DNA from: an uncultured euryarchaeote
Lineage (GTDB): Archaea > Thermoplasmatota > Poseidoniia > Poseidoniales > Poseidoniaceae
NCBI GenBank assembly: GCA_937899865.1
Contig: CALBRH010000011.1
Location: 1 to 33,151, forward strand
Reading direction: 5' to 3'
Length of the DNA: 33,151 nucleotides
A program made the position numbers and the translations under genes. Position 1 is the first letter of the stretch; every line of letters starts with the position of its first letter. Positions 25,246-33,151 of this stretch are shown here, piece after piece. The notes beneath the pieces were generated by a model. The model made no database searches and was not told where the DNA came from. It saw only the letters and a list, made by a program, of their open reading frames with translations.

Positions 25246-27846
25246 ATCATCTAATTGAGGTTCAAACTCTTTCTCAATAACATCTTCTTCCTTGCTTCGA
25301 GCAGATAATTCCATCAAAACAGGCAATAGTACCAAAGATAGTAGTAACGAAAATATTACTGTAATCGCTGTAATTAATCCAAAATCCTGAATGATTGGCA
25401 TTGGTGAAAACAGCAATACCATGAAACCTAATGAAGTTGTTAATGCACTCATCAATAATGCTACGCCTGTAGTTGATAATGAGGCTCTAAGAGCATCCCA
25501 GTGATTGTTTCTACGTTGCAATTCAACTTCAAATCGCCTCCACATGTGAATAGAATAATCTATACCAATTCCCAATGTTAGTGCAGTAACCATTACAGTT
25601 AGAACATTCCACTTTAATCCAATTGCTGCCATAGAACCAACTACCCAGAGCGAAGCGATACCCACCGGGAAAAGAATGACAATTGCAGGCATAATTCTTC
25701 TAGTTAACAAAAATAATACCAAAAAGGACACAGATAAGGAAATTAGAGTTGATTCTACTTGAGAACTTGATAGTCCATCAAGCACTGTTTGAAGCATAGC
25801 AAGATCACCTGTAACATACAATTTTGCATTATCTGCTAAATTATATCTTAGAGTTCCAGACTTATCTACATCTCCAAGCATATTTTCAAATTCCAAGACC
25901 ACCTGTTCTGATTCAGTAGATGTTTTTGCTTCAACTCTAATTTCGTTTCTTAGATTCATCACCTTGCCATCTTCAAGGTAAACACTGTTTCTAACACGCT
26001 CGGACCATGTTTCACCACTTAATGCATCAGCAATTGAATCATTATTAGATAGAGATAAAAATGCAACAGAAAGGTCACATTCTTGGTTGTAATCCTTGAC
26101 ATAAACACCACCATCCTGGAAAACTTCCAAATTGTGTTCATCACCAAAACTAGAATCTCTTAAAATTGCATCGCGCAAGACAACATATGGCCCCTCGTAT
26201 GACGGTGAAGGGAAAGTACCATCAGTCCCAACTACATCATGATTTGATTCTAAATCTCCGTGTAAACCTCTAAGTTCAGTTAGTAAATCTTCATCAGCAA
26301 TAATTTCATTTTGATTATCACTTGGCTCAAATAAAACATAGATTAATTTCCACCCTGCGCTATCATAGTTATCACTAAGGTCTTGCCTAACATCCATTAT
26401 TTCCATTTCAGAATCTACAAAATCACCCAAATCAAAGTTGGTTTCCAGTGATGCTGCACCGAGCACAGAAGCTCCAGACAAAAATACCACTACTAAGAAA
26501 ATACCAACTTGTTGTTTTTGTTGGACTTTCACTAAATTGTTAGTTAAAGATGGTAACGTAAAAGGCTTAGACTTTCTCGAATACTTTTCACTGTCAATTA
26601 ATACATGTAATGCACCAACAACCAATGTGGATGTTATGAAGGCACATACAACACCCATTGCAAGAGCAAAACCAAATGTCTTCAAAGGTGGAAGAGGAGA
26701 TATCATATTAGCTAAAAACGCTGCTACAGTAGTTATCACGGCAAGAGACAGCGGTACTGATAATTTAGCACAGGCTCTAAGCCAAGATTCTGCTGGATCG
26801 GGATATTGTTCTCTAAGCGTACTATTCGCTCTCTGCAAGTGGATTGCATAATCTATTCCTAAACCTAGAACAAGAGGTGCAACAGCAACCTCTAGAGCAG
26901 AAAACTCTACACCGATTACATTTAGTAAACCATATGTCCAAATTAATGCACTTGTTAAACCAACAAGTGGGAATGTAACGTCTCTAAAAGACCTAAATGT
27001 GAAAACTAACAAAATCACTACAACAATTAATGCTAAGAAAACCAAGAGTGTGACATTATCGAGTGTTCTATCATCTATGTCACTTGAAAGTAAATCCAAA
27101 GATACTACGCCATAATCAAGTGATGAATCTTCAGATAATTCACCTAGCAAATTACGAAATTGAATTTGCACAGATTTTCTTTCTTCTTCAGTCAATTCAG
27201 GATCTATTTCTAGCACCCACAATGTCGAAGATGCAAAAGGAGTTCCATCTCCTTCACCTGTTGAGAGATAATCACAGGTTGGATTGATGTCAAGATCTTT
27301 GTGTAGTAGAGCCGAAGATGCATAGGTTGCTGCAGACAAAAATTGGTCATCACTAGTTAGTCTGCATTCTACATCTTCGTCAATGATTAAATCAATTAAT
27401 TGATTCCAGTCAGTAATTGTTGAAAGGTTAGTTTGATTACCTTCTTCATCTAAAGCAGTTTGCAAAATACTTGGTGTCGTTGTCCAAACTACTACTGAAT
27501 CACTGGTTTTTTCAGATAGAAGTTTCAATTGATCATAATGCTGAAGCATTAATTGAATATTTTCGATAGTTAGAATATTGCTTTCATCGTCTACTTCGAT
27601 GTTCACAAACATTGGTCTAGATTCGTTTGGAAAGTTTTGATGTATCCTCTCATGCGCTGAATATTCTTCCGAATCAGGAGTAAATGCATCTAAGTCGGTA
27701 TTAAATGTAGGTGGGTTGTAAACTAAATTTGCCAATAAAGCACCCGTGATAATCATGGTTACTATCACTATTACCAATGAAAACTTTCGGAATTTATCAG
27801 AAAATCCCGCCATGGACTCTTCAAGTGATGTAGTGTCCATAGCCAT
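25237..27846 (-). CDS. MMPL/RND-superfamily membrane transporter
   Basis: Two pseudo-repeats, each with one TM, a large extracellular loop and five TMs. LVLGLGIDYAIH and LTLGIGIDYSIH motifs. Start uncertain (27888, 27846, 27840 or 27813). Confidence 0.92.
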   Translation of the reverse strand: MAMDTTSLEESMAGFSDKFRKFSLVIVIVTMIITGALLANLVYNPPTFNTDLDAFTPDSEEYSAHERIHQNFPNESRPMFVNIEVDDESNILTIENIQLMLQHYDQLKLLSEKTSDSVVVWTTTPSILQTALDEEGNQTNLSTITDWNQLIDLIIDEDVECRLTSDDQFLSAATYASSALLHKDLDINPTCDYLSTGEGDGTPFASSTLWVLEIDPELTEEERKSVQIQFRNLLGELSEDSSLDYGVVSLDLLSSDIDDRTLDNVTLLVFLALIVVVILLVFTFRSFRDVTFPLVGLTSALIWTYGLLNVIGVEFSALEVAVAPLVLGLGIDYAIHLQRANSTLREQYPDPAESWLRACAKLSVPLSLAVITTVAAFLANMISPLPPLKTFGFALAMGVVCAFITSTLVVGALHVLIDSEKYSRKSKPFTLPSLTNNLVKVQQKQQVGIFLVVVFLSGASVLGAASLETNFDLGDFVDSEMEIMDVRQDLSDNYDSAGWKLIYVLFEPSDNQNEIIADEDLLTELRGLHGDLESNHDVVGTDGTFPSPSYEGPYVVLRDAILRDSSFGDEHNLEVFQDGGVYVKDYNQECDLSVAFLSLSNNDSIADALSGETWSERVRNSVYLEDGKVMNLRNEIRVEAKTSTESEQVVLEFENMLGDVDKSGTLRYNLADNAKLYVTGDLAMLQTVLDGLSSSQVESTLISLSVSFLVLFLLTRRIMPAIVILFPVGIASLWVVGSMAAIGLKWNVLTVMVTALTLGIGIDYSIHMWRRFEVELQRRNNHWDALRASLSTTGVALLMSALTTSLGFMVLLFSPMPIIQDFGLITAITVIFSLLLSLVLLPVLMELSARSKEEDVIEKEFEPQLDDLA

Positions 27847-27964
27847 TCCACATGGATTAGGTAAAAAAGCAAGGCGGTTGTAATACAATTAAATCTTTCA
27901 AATTAGTCAAATTTTTTTTGACACAAGGTTCAAAACAGGTTGATATTTCGCGTGCATGTTCGTC

Positions 27965-28222
27965 ATGCCAGTGAAAGTGCTAATTAAGGAAAAAAATGAA
28001 CTCCGATTGAGAATTATTGGAGAGAGCCATACTAGTCTGCAAATGCTTAGAGAGCGACTAAATAGCAGCACTGATATTGAATATGCCAACTATTTCCCAG
28101 GACACCCAGAGTTGGATGACCCTGAATTTTACATTAGAACTTCTGGCAAGAAATCTGCTGATAAAATATTGAGTGATTTGGTAAGTTCAATATCTAAAGA
28201 ATTCTCAGATATCAGTCTTTGA
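27965..28222 (+). CDS. rpoL: DNA-directed RNA polymerase subunit L (Rpo11)
   Basis: NELRLRIIGESHT..QMLRERL......YA.Y...HP..D.P.FYIRT. Confidence 0.9.
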   Translation: MPVKVLIKEKNELRLRIIGESHTSLQMLRERLNSSTDIEYANYFPGHPELDDPEFYIRTSGKKSADKILSDLVSSISKEFSDISL

Positions 28223-28233
28223 AGGCGATTATA

Positions 28234-29634
28234 ATGTCATTCTTAGACCCTGTGGCTAAAGCCATAGGACTCGAAGGTTATGCAACTGATACAATTGGAA
28301 TTGGTGGCGTTCTAAAGGCCAGAGTATCTGACTTCCGTGTTGATGAAATAGCAACTTCGATTAGTCTAGATTCAAGAGGAAGATTCACAGTCGCTAGAAT
28401 AACGTTAACAAATTGGGAAACAAACAAATTTTGTAATAATCTTGCTAAGCGACTTGGAATATCAAGAAATAGAATTTTCTTTGCTGGAACCAAAGATAAG
28501 CGTGCTGTTACTCAACAAATCTTCATCATTGATGCTACACAACATAAAGTTGCACAGGTAGAAATACCTGATGTAGAAATTGAAATTCTTGGTCGAACTC
28601 ATCAAAAAATTGGTTTTGGTAATCATAGAGGTAACAGATTTACTATTATTGTAAGAGGATGTTGTCATCCTGATGGAACACCTATGACTGAAGAAGAAGC
28701 TTTGAATGAATCAGAAAATATAAGAGAAAAACTCAAATTTTCACTTGGAGAAGGACTTTTCCCAAATTGGATCGGACCACAAAGATTTGGTTCTGGCCGC
28801 CCAGTTACTGCTGAAGTGGGAAAGCATGTATTGAATGGCAACTTTGAACAAGCAGTCTTGACATACCTCTCTATGGAAGGCTTTGAAGAAAATGAAGATG
28901 TTGCTTTGTTTAGGAAATATATCAGGGACAATGGCCCTTGTGAAGAAGCATTAGAACTAGCACCTAAATGGTTAGGTTTTGAATCTAGAATGCTAAAACA
29001 CTTGTTAGACAATCCTGATGATTATTTGGGAGCGTTTAAAAATCTACCAAATAACTTACAATTAATGACTATTCATGCTGCACAGTCCATTGTTTTCAAT
29101 AAATCACTCAATCATAGAATTACTTCTGGATTGCCAATTTCTACACCAGTTGAAGGCGACTTAGTAGGAAGGATTGATGAAAAGGGACAACTAAACGTTA
29201 GTAGTTGCGTCACTGTTGATGCTAGAACATTACCAAGAATTACAAGAAATTGTCAACTTGGACGTTTAGTTACTACTGGGCCACTTCCTGGCAGCGAAAT
29301 TTATGTTTCAGAGGGTGAGTCAAAAGAAATTGAATTGTCTGCGATAAACGATTCTGGCTTAGGTAAAATCGATTGGTCTGTTGATGAAATACCTAGATTG
29401 TCTTCAAAAGGTACGAGAAGAGCTTTGGTATCAAGTTTCAATGAACTTTTCATTGATTCGGTTCCAATTGCGATGGATGAATCTCTAGGTGAAAAATGGA
29501 ATAAAGGTCCAACAGATAATAGCCGATGGCATCCAGAAGGAGCTTGTTTGAGATTTAGATTTACTTTATCATCCGGAAGTTACGCTACTACTCTATTAAG
29601 AGAATTTATGCAGTGCCCTTTGAATCAACTGTGA
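28234..29634 (+). CDS. truD: tRNA pseudouridine(13) synthase TruD/Pus7
   Basis: DFRVDE, AGTKDKRAVTQQ (catalytic Asp), GNRFTI, PNWIGPQRFG, F.LSSGSYATTLLRE. Confidence 0.93.
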   Translation: MSFLDPVAKAIGLEGYATDTIGIGGVLKARVSDFRVDEIATSISLDSRGRFTVARITLTNWETNKFCNNLAKRLGISRNRIFFAGTKDKRAVTQQIFIIDATQHKVAQVEIPDVEIEILGRTHQKIGFGNHRGNRFTIIVRGCCHPDGTPMTEEEALNESENIREKLKFSLGEGLFPNWIGPQRFGSGRPVTAEVGKHVLNGNFEQAVLTYLSMEGFEENEDVALFRKYIRDNGPCEEALELAPKWLGFESRMLKHLLDNPDDYLGAFKNLPNNLQLMTIHAAQSIVFNKSLNHRITSGLPISTPVEGDLVGRIDEKGQLNVSSCVTVDARTLPRITRNCQLGRLVTTGPLPGSEIYVSEGESKEIELSAINDSGLGKIDWSVDEIPRLSSKGTRRALVSSFNELFIDSVPIAMDESLGEKWNKGPTDNSRWHPEGACLRFRFTLSSGSYATTLLREFMQCPLNQL

Positions 29635-29907
29635 TCAAAGTAGACCCATGGAGAGAACTTCTATTTCTCCGACGCCTTCTTTAGCAGACATCAAAGATTC
29701 GAACTCGTCTGTAAGACCTGGCCCATCATTCATAACAACATGAACTTGGACAAATTTGAGACCAAATGCTAATGGCTTTACCTCTACTGATTGAACATCA
29801 TAGACATCATTTGCTAATCCCCTGACATATTCTGCAATAGCATCAGGATTAATATCCTCTACATCTGAATCTGGATTTAATTTGTAAGTCATTGCTACCA
29901 TACCCAT
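29635..29907 (-). CDS. ef1b: Archaeal translation elongation factor 1-beta
   Basis: KLNP.S, EVKPLAFGLK, D......E.......GV..IEV. SD GAGGTGA upstream. Confidence 0.93.
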   Translation of the reverse strand: MGMVAMTYKLNPDSDVEDINPDAIAEYVRGLANDVYDVQSVEVKPLAFGLKFVQVHVVMNDGPGLTDEFESLMSAKEGVGEIEVLSMGLL

Positions 29908-29916
29908 AATATCACC

Positions 29917-30087
29917 TCATGGACCTTGATAACCGCATTCTGAGCAATTGTAGATTACTCCTTGGTTTCTACAACGTGGACTTCTTCCAATAGATACTGT
30001 GTCACACCCTGGGCAAGGGAATGTTGTTGAACCATTCTCTACCAAAGGTACTCCAGATGATGTACAATTTGTCGCTCTTTCACTCAT
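29917..30087 (-). CDS. Small Zn-ribbon RNA-binding-type protein (DUF1610 / HVO_2753-like), 56 aa, not in the ORF track
   Basis: Hand translation: MSERATNCTSSGVPLVENGSTTFPCPGCDTVSIGRSPRCRNQGVIYNCSECGYQGP*. The F.CP.C and Y.C..CG..GP ending and the position directly upstream of EF-1beta are characteristic. Confidence 0.9.
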   Translation of the reverse strand: MSERATNCTSSGVPLVENGSTTFPCPGCDTVSIGRSPRCRNQGVIYNCSECGYQGP

Positions 30088-30177
30088 GACTACGCCTCAG
30101 GAACAACTTGCCCACGACCTTCCCTTCTTTATGGTTGCGTGAGAATAAACAGGCATAATTTGTGTAAAAATTGCTAA

Positions 30178-30522
30178 TTATCTGTCAATAACTCGTAACT
30201 TTCCATTGAATCCTGTACTTACAACTAGTTCGCCATCCCTCATTTGACACCAACCTGATTCCAATCTTACGATATCTCCAATCCTAACATTATCGATTTG
30301 TTCATTCCATAGGACTATTCCAACCAAACCGGTTTCATCTCGACCACATGCTGCGGCAACAGGTCCAGTATATTTTTCAGAATAAATTAGCCTTCGTGGA
30401 TAAATTCTAAGGATAATCAAATCAAGGCGCCTTACTGGTTTGTTAGGTTTCAAATCTTTTACCAATAGCCTATTTTTGTTGCTTAAAAATAACTTCTTCT
30501 TCGGAGCTTTACTTGTTTTCAT
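30178..30522 (-). CDS. Single OB-fold ssDNA-binding protein (SSB/RPA-like)
   Basis: VKDLKPN...RDETG.V.IVLW.......GD.V.LE.GW.....G...V..G..G resembles crenarchaeal-type SSB. Start uncertain. Confidence 0.8.
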   Translation of the reverse strand: MKTSKAPKKKLFLSNKNRLLVKDLKPNKPVRRLDLIILRIYPRRLIYSEKYTGPVAAACGRDETGLVGIVLWNEQIDNVRIGDIVRLESGWCQMRDGELVVSTGFNGKLRVIDR

Positions 30523-30560
30523 ATTTGTTGAAAACAACATCAATGTTGATAAAAGTAGAC

Positions 30561-31289
30561 TTATTTTTTCTTTCTTACTTTGAAAGATGTGAATACTTTT
30601 TGCTCTACTTCTTCTTCGTTAGGATTTAATTTTAAATCCAATAATGACTCATATGTTTGTCTAATTGATGTATCTCGTTTTACCCAAGGCATGTAGTTTC
30701 GACAAACAAGGTATACCTCTGATGAAGAATTGCGGGATGCCATCGGAGAGAACCTTTTGATTTCTGAAAAATATGGTTTCACAGATGTGATCAATTCTTC
30801 TATTCCAACTCCTTGGAATACTTTTGATGTAAAGGAACCTCCTTTGCATAATAAATCTAAGGAAAAATCTAGAACATCTGCAACTAATGTCATCGCAATT
30901 GCTTGGTCAACATCCCAATTACCAGTAATGTCGGGAGAAATATCTGAAACAATAGTATTGATTACTCGCTTGTTTAATTCTTCAAGAATTCTCTCTTGAG
31001 TGCTTGATTCAGTAATGTCACCAACCAACAATAAAGCTCCTTCTACTGGCTGGCAAGGTTCTAGATCAACACCTATTACAACGCCATCCTCGCCAGTTAA
31101 CTCGACGGCTACTTGGGCCCAACCACCAGGATGACAACCAACATCTAGTACTACATCCCCCTCACGAATCAACTTGAATTTCTCTTGGATTTGCAATAAT
31201 TTGAATGCTGATCGTGCACGATATCCACTTGATTTAGCCTGACGGCGCCAAGAATCACGTTTATGATTCTCAATCCAATGGTCAGCCAT
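30561..31289 (-). CDS. rlmE: 23S rRNA Um2552 2'-O-methyltransferase (RlmE/FtsJ)
   Basis: GYRARSAFKL, VLDVGCHPGGWAQ, GVDL, GDIT, SDISP, KVFQG, ASR..SSEVY (K-D-K-E tetrad). Confidence 0.93.
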   Translation of the reverse strand: MADHWIENHKRDSWRRQAKSSGYRARSAFKLLQIQEKFKLIREGDVVLDVGCHPGGWAQVAVELTGEDGVVIGVDLEPCQPVEGALLLVGDITESSTQERILEELNKRVINTIVSDISPDITGNWDVDQAIAMTLVADVLDFSLDLLCKGGSFTSKVFQGVGIEELITSVKPYFSEIKRFSPMASRNSSSEVYLVCRNYMPWVKRDTSIRQTYESLLDLKLNPNEEEVEQKVFTSFKVRKKK

Positions 31290-31384
31290 ATTGTCCCCTC
31301 AATCAATCCTTGAGCATCTTACAAATGAAGTTAGCCTAACTTATCAGACATATAATGAAAGAGTTGGAGGTTTTCCGCTATGAC

Positions 31385-32341
31385 ATGGGGGGAAGCAATT
31401 CTGCAATCGCTTTCCAACGAACAATATGTCTAATATTAACAGCCATTATAATGATTCAATTGTTTTCTCAATTATCTCACGCTGAAGTAAAAAATTATGC
31501 TGAAGATTGGGATGAAGATATTACTATAACTGGTGGAAGAACTATTCTAGTTGAGGAAATAAGCGCCACATGGTGCACTAGTTGTGCAGAAATTGATCCA
31601 TTCTTGCAGCAGGTTGCTGATGCCCATGGCTCGAGAATCAGTATCGTAACATATCATCCTACAGATGGAGAGGATGCATTTCAACCTGAAGCAGCCAAGT
31701 ATAGAATTGAACGTATGAAATCGATAAACTCTGATGTAGGAGCAACACCAAGTTTTGTTGTCGAAAGCGGAGAATTAAGAGTTGGCCCAGATTCATGGCC
31801 TGATGTTCAAAAGGATATTCTCAAAGAGGAAACAAGCAGACAAGAGTTTAGCAAATTATCATTCACAATAAGTAAACTTGGTCAACAATATTCTGCGACT
31901 ATAGGTAGCATAGAACTACTTGAAGTTGAATATGAAACTCAACTAACATTCATGTTAATGGCTCATGAGATGGAAGTTCCGGATGAATTCTTTAATCCCG
32001 GAGAAGATTACCGAGATCGAGTTGTTATTGCTACCTCAAGTTGCAATCTAAACTCAAATTCCTTATCCAATGTAGGTTTTTCAAATGTTTCAGGAACAAA
32101 TTGTCTTGATGATTTCACTGTCAATTTCCCGGCAAATGGCAAATTTAGTTTGATATTAATTCATGAATCTACAGATTCATCAGTTCAATTAAATTCTAAT
32201 TATGGCTCAACACTTGGAGTTGTTGAATTTGCTTATCGAGATATTGAAATTAAAAATGATTCAAATTTTATGCCGTTGGTGTTCTTTTCTTTGATTGCGA
32301 TTGGTACCATATTGGTAATTTATGACAGAAAAAATGCTTGA
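31385..32341 (+). CDS. Exported, membrane-anchored thioredoxin-fold protein (CxxC; DUF1223/Omp28-like)
   Basis: Signal-like N-terminus, VEEISATWCTSC, YHP, TPSFVV, and a C-terminal TM followed by RK. Start uncertain (31355 or 31385). Confidence 0.7.
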   Translation: MGGSNSAIAFQRTICLILTAIIMIQLFSQLSHAEVKNYAEDWDEDITITGGRTILVEEISATWCTSCAEIDPFLQQVADAHGSRISIVTYHPTDGEDAFQPEAAKYRIERMKSINSDVGATPSFVVESGELRVGPDSWPDVQKDILKEETSRQEFSKLSFTISKLGQQYSATIGSIELLEVEYETQLTFMLMAHEMEVPDEFFNPGEDYRDRVVIATSSCNLNSNSLSNVGFSNVSGTNCLDDFTVNFPANGKFSLILIHESTDSSVQLNSNYGSTLGVVEFAYRDIEIKNDSNFMPLVFFSLIAIGTILVIYDRKNA

Positions 32342-32435
32342 AAAATCCGAAATAAGCGAAATTACTTCCCTAAACCGGTAACTTTCTTGAACATCCAGTA
32401 GAATACTTGATAACCTATCACGTCAATTAACTATC

Positions 32436-32708
32436 ATGGAGGAATCATGGGACGACGTTTCTTGGGAAGAAAAAGATGTGCGATTGAAAGAATGGTATGT
32501 AGAATACATTGCTGTAGTTAATGATCAAAAATACCACCACATGTCTATTCTTTATGGTGAAGATATGCAAGATGTGCAAAGAAGTTTATTGCACGAAGTT
32601 AGAAGAAATTACAATTCTACAGATAGAATTGATATTACAGTAGTAAAGATGAAAGTGACTGAAGTTCAGACCGATGCCGCGCTATTCGAAGGAATTTACG
32701 TTCCTTAA
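32436..32708 (+). CDS. Small acidic hypothetical protein (90 aa)
   Basis: Clean ORF with protein-like alternating beta/alpha pattern. No family recognised. Confidence 0.7.
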   Translation: MEESWDDVSWEEKDVRLKEWYVEYIAVVNDQKYHHMSILYGEDMQDVQRSLLHEVRRNYNSTDRIDITVVKMKVTEVQTDAALFEGIYVP

Positions 32709-33151
32709 CTTCTAGCTTGGAAGATAATGGCGATTTCTTTGCCATCAACCAATAAGTAGTCATCAAACTCGTCATTTGCGATGCCGTCAACTGTCATTAT
32801 CAATTCATGAGTGTTGCTGACTCTGTAATCAAAAATTCCTGTCTCATTGAAATGAACTCCCCAAATATCAAAGAAAACACCAATTGGCATGTCTACATTG
32901 GCTTCTGTTTCAATATGTAATTTACCAGTTGCATCATGAGTATGTACCGTATGCATGTTACCACCCTGCTCATTACAAATTTCCGAATTTATCCCCATGT
33001 TTTCAGGAATCTCTCTTTCCTCGCCATTGATGTAGATTGACAGCATTGAATGGTCATGACGACCTAATTGCATTTCATGAGTTACACATTCCTTTGATAA
33101 TGGATCTGGATTATCAGCAGTACTTGGAAGAGGTATAAATTCGTCCGATTC
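32705..33151 (-). CDS. His-rich putative metal-binding domain protein; 5' end lies beyond the right edge
   Basis: The frame stays open to 33151 (ESDEFIPLPSTADNPDPLSKECVTHEMQLG...). Motifs HDH..L.I.ING....IP..MGI...C, HTVHTHD.TGKLHIE and FFDIWG. Confidence 0.72.
   Translation of the reverse strand, partial: ESDEFIPLPSTADNPDPLSKECVTHEMQLGRHDHSMLSIYINGEEREIPENMGINSEICNEQGGNMHTVHTHDATGKLHIETEANVDMPIGVFFDIWGVHFNETGIFDYRVSNTHELIMTVDGIANDEFDDYLLVDGKEIAIIFQARS

Noticed and set aside
2618-30999. Numerous short ORF-track entries overlapping longer genes (e.g. 2618..2809, 3028..3297, 6908..7138, 10571..11008, 13119..13478, 17814..18170, 22244..22579, 24645..25031, 26438..26851, 28665..29012, 30730..30999)
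   Set aside because: They are wholly nested in or antisense to genes with recognisable family motifs, and have Ser-rich or otherwise shadow-like composition.
32408-32420. TGATA-ACC-TATCA palindrome upstream of the 90-aa gene, loosely Fur-box-like
   Set aside because: The arms are only 5 bp in AT-rich DNA and no second copy was found, so it is expected by chance.

Overview
AT-rich, very compact archaeal chromosome segment, most likely from a Marine Group II (Ca. Poseidoniales, Thermoplasmatota) genome. The domain call rests on archaeal markers: DGGGP synthase, GPN-loop GTPase, DUF106, Cbf5, RpoL, EF-1beta and GGAGGTGA-type SD motifs. The MGII call rests on a DUF3860-like winged-helix gene and CARDB surface proteins, and is an inference without a database search. 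The window holds about 39 CDSs and two tRNAs (Glu-CUC, His-GUG). No integrase, transposase or CRISPR array was seen. Three genes missing from or truncated in the ORF track were read by hand: isovaleryl-CoA dehydrogenase (1..1184, -), a 56-aa Zn-ribbon gene (29917..30087, -) and the 5'-truncated last gene. The most striking object is a 965-aa, apparently cytoplasmic protein (10924..13821). It has a Pro/Met-rich repeat tail, then a segment carrying, in order, motifs resembling the mu-homology domain of eukaryotic coat adaptors (AP mu subunits, delta-COP), then Ig-like domains, an EF-hand and a Zn ribbon. It is divergent from the GPN GTPase. Other leads are an archaeosortase with a candidate LPAPS-type substrate, a palindrome-preceded DUF3860 module, a possible pseudoknot touching the SD of a DEAD-box helicase, and a DUF106 insertase with a basic tail and Zn ribbon. 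Family names and reference motifs are recalled from memory and were not searched.
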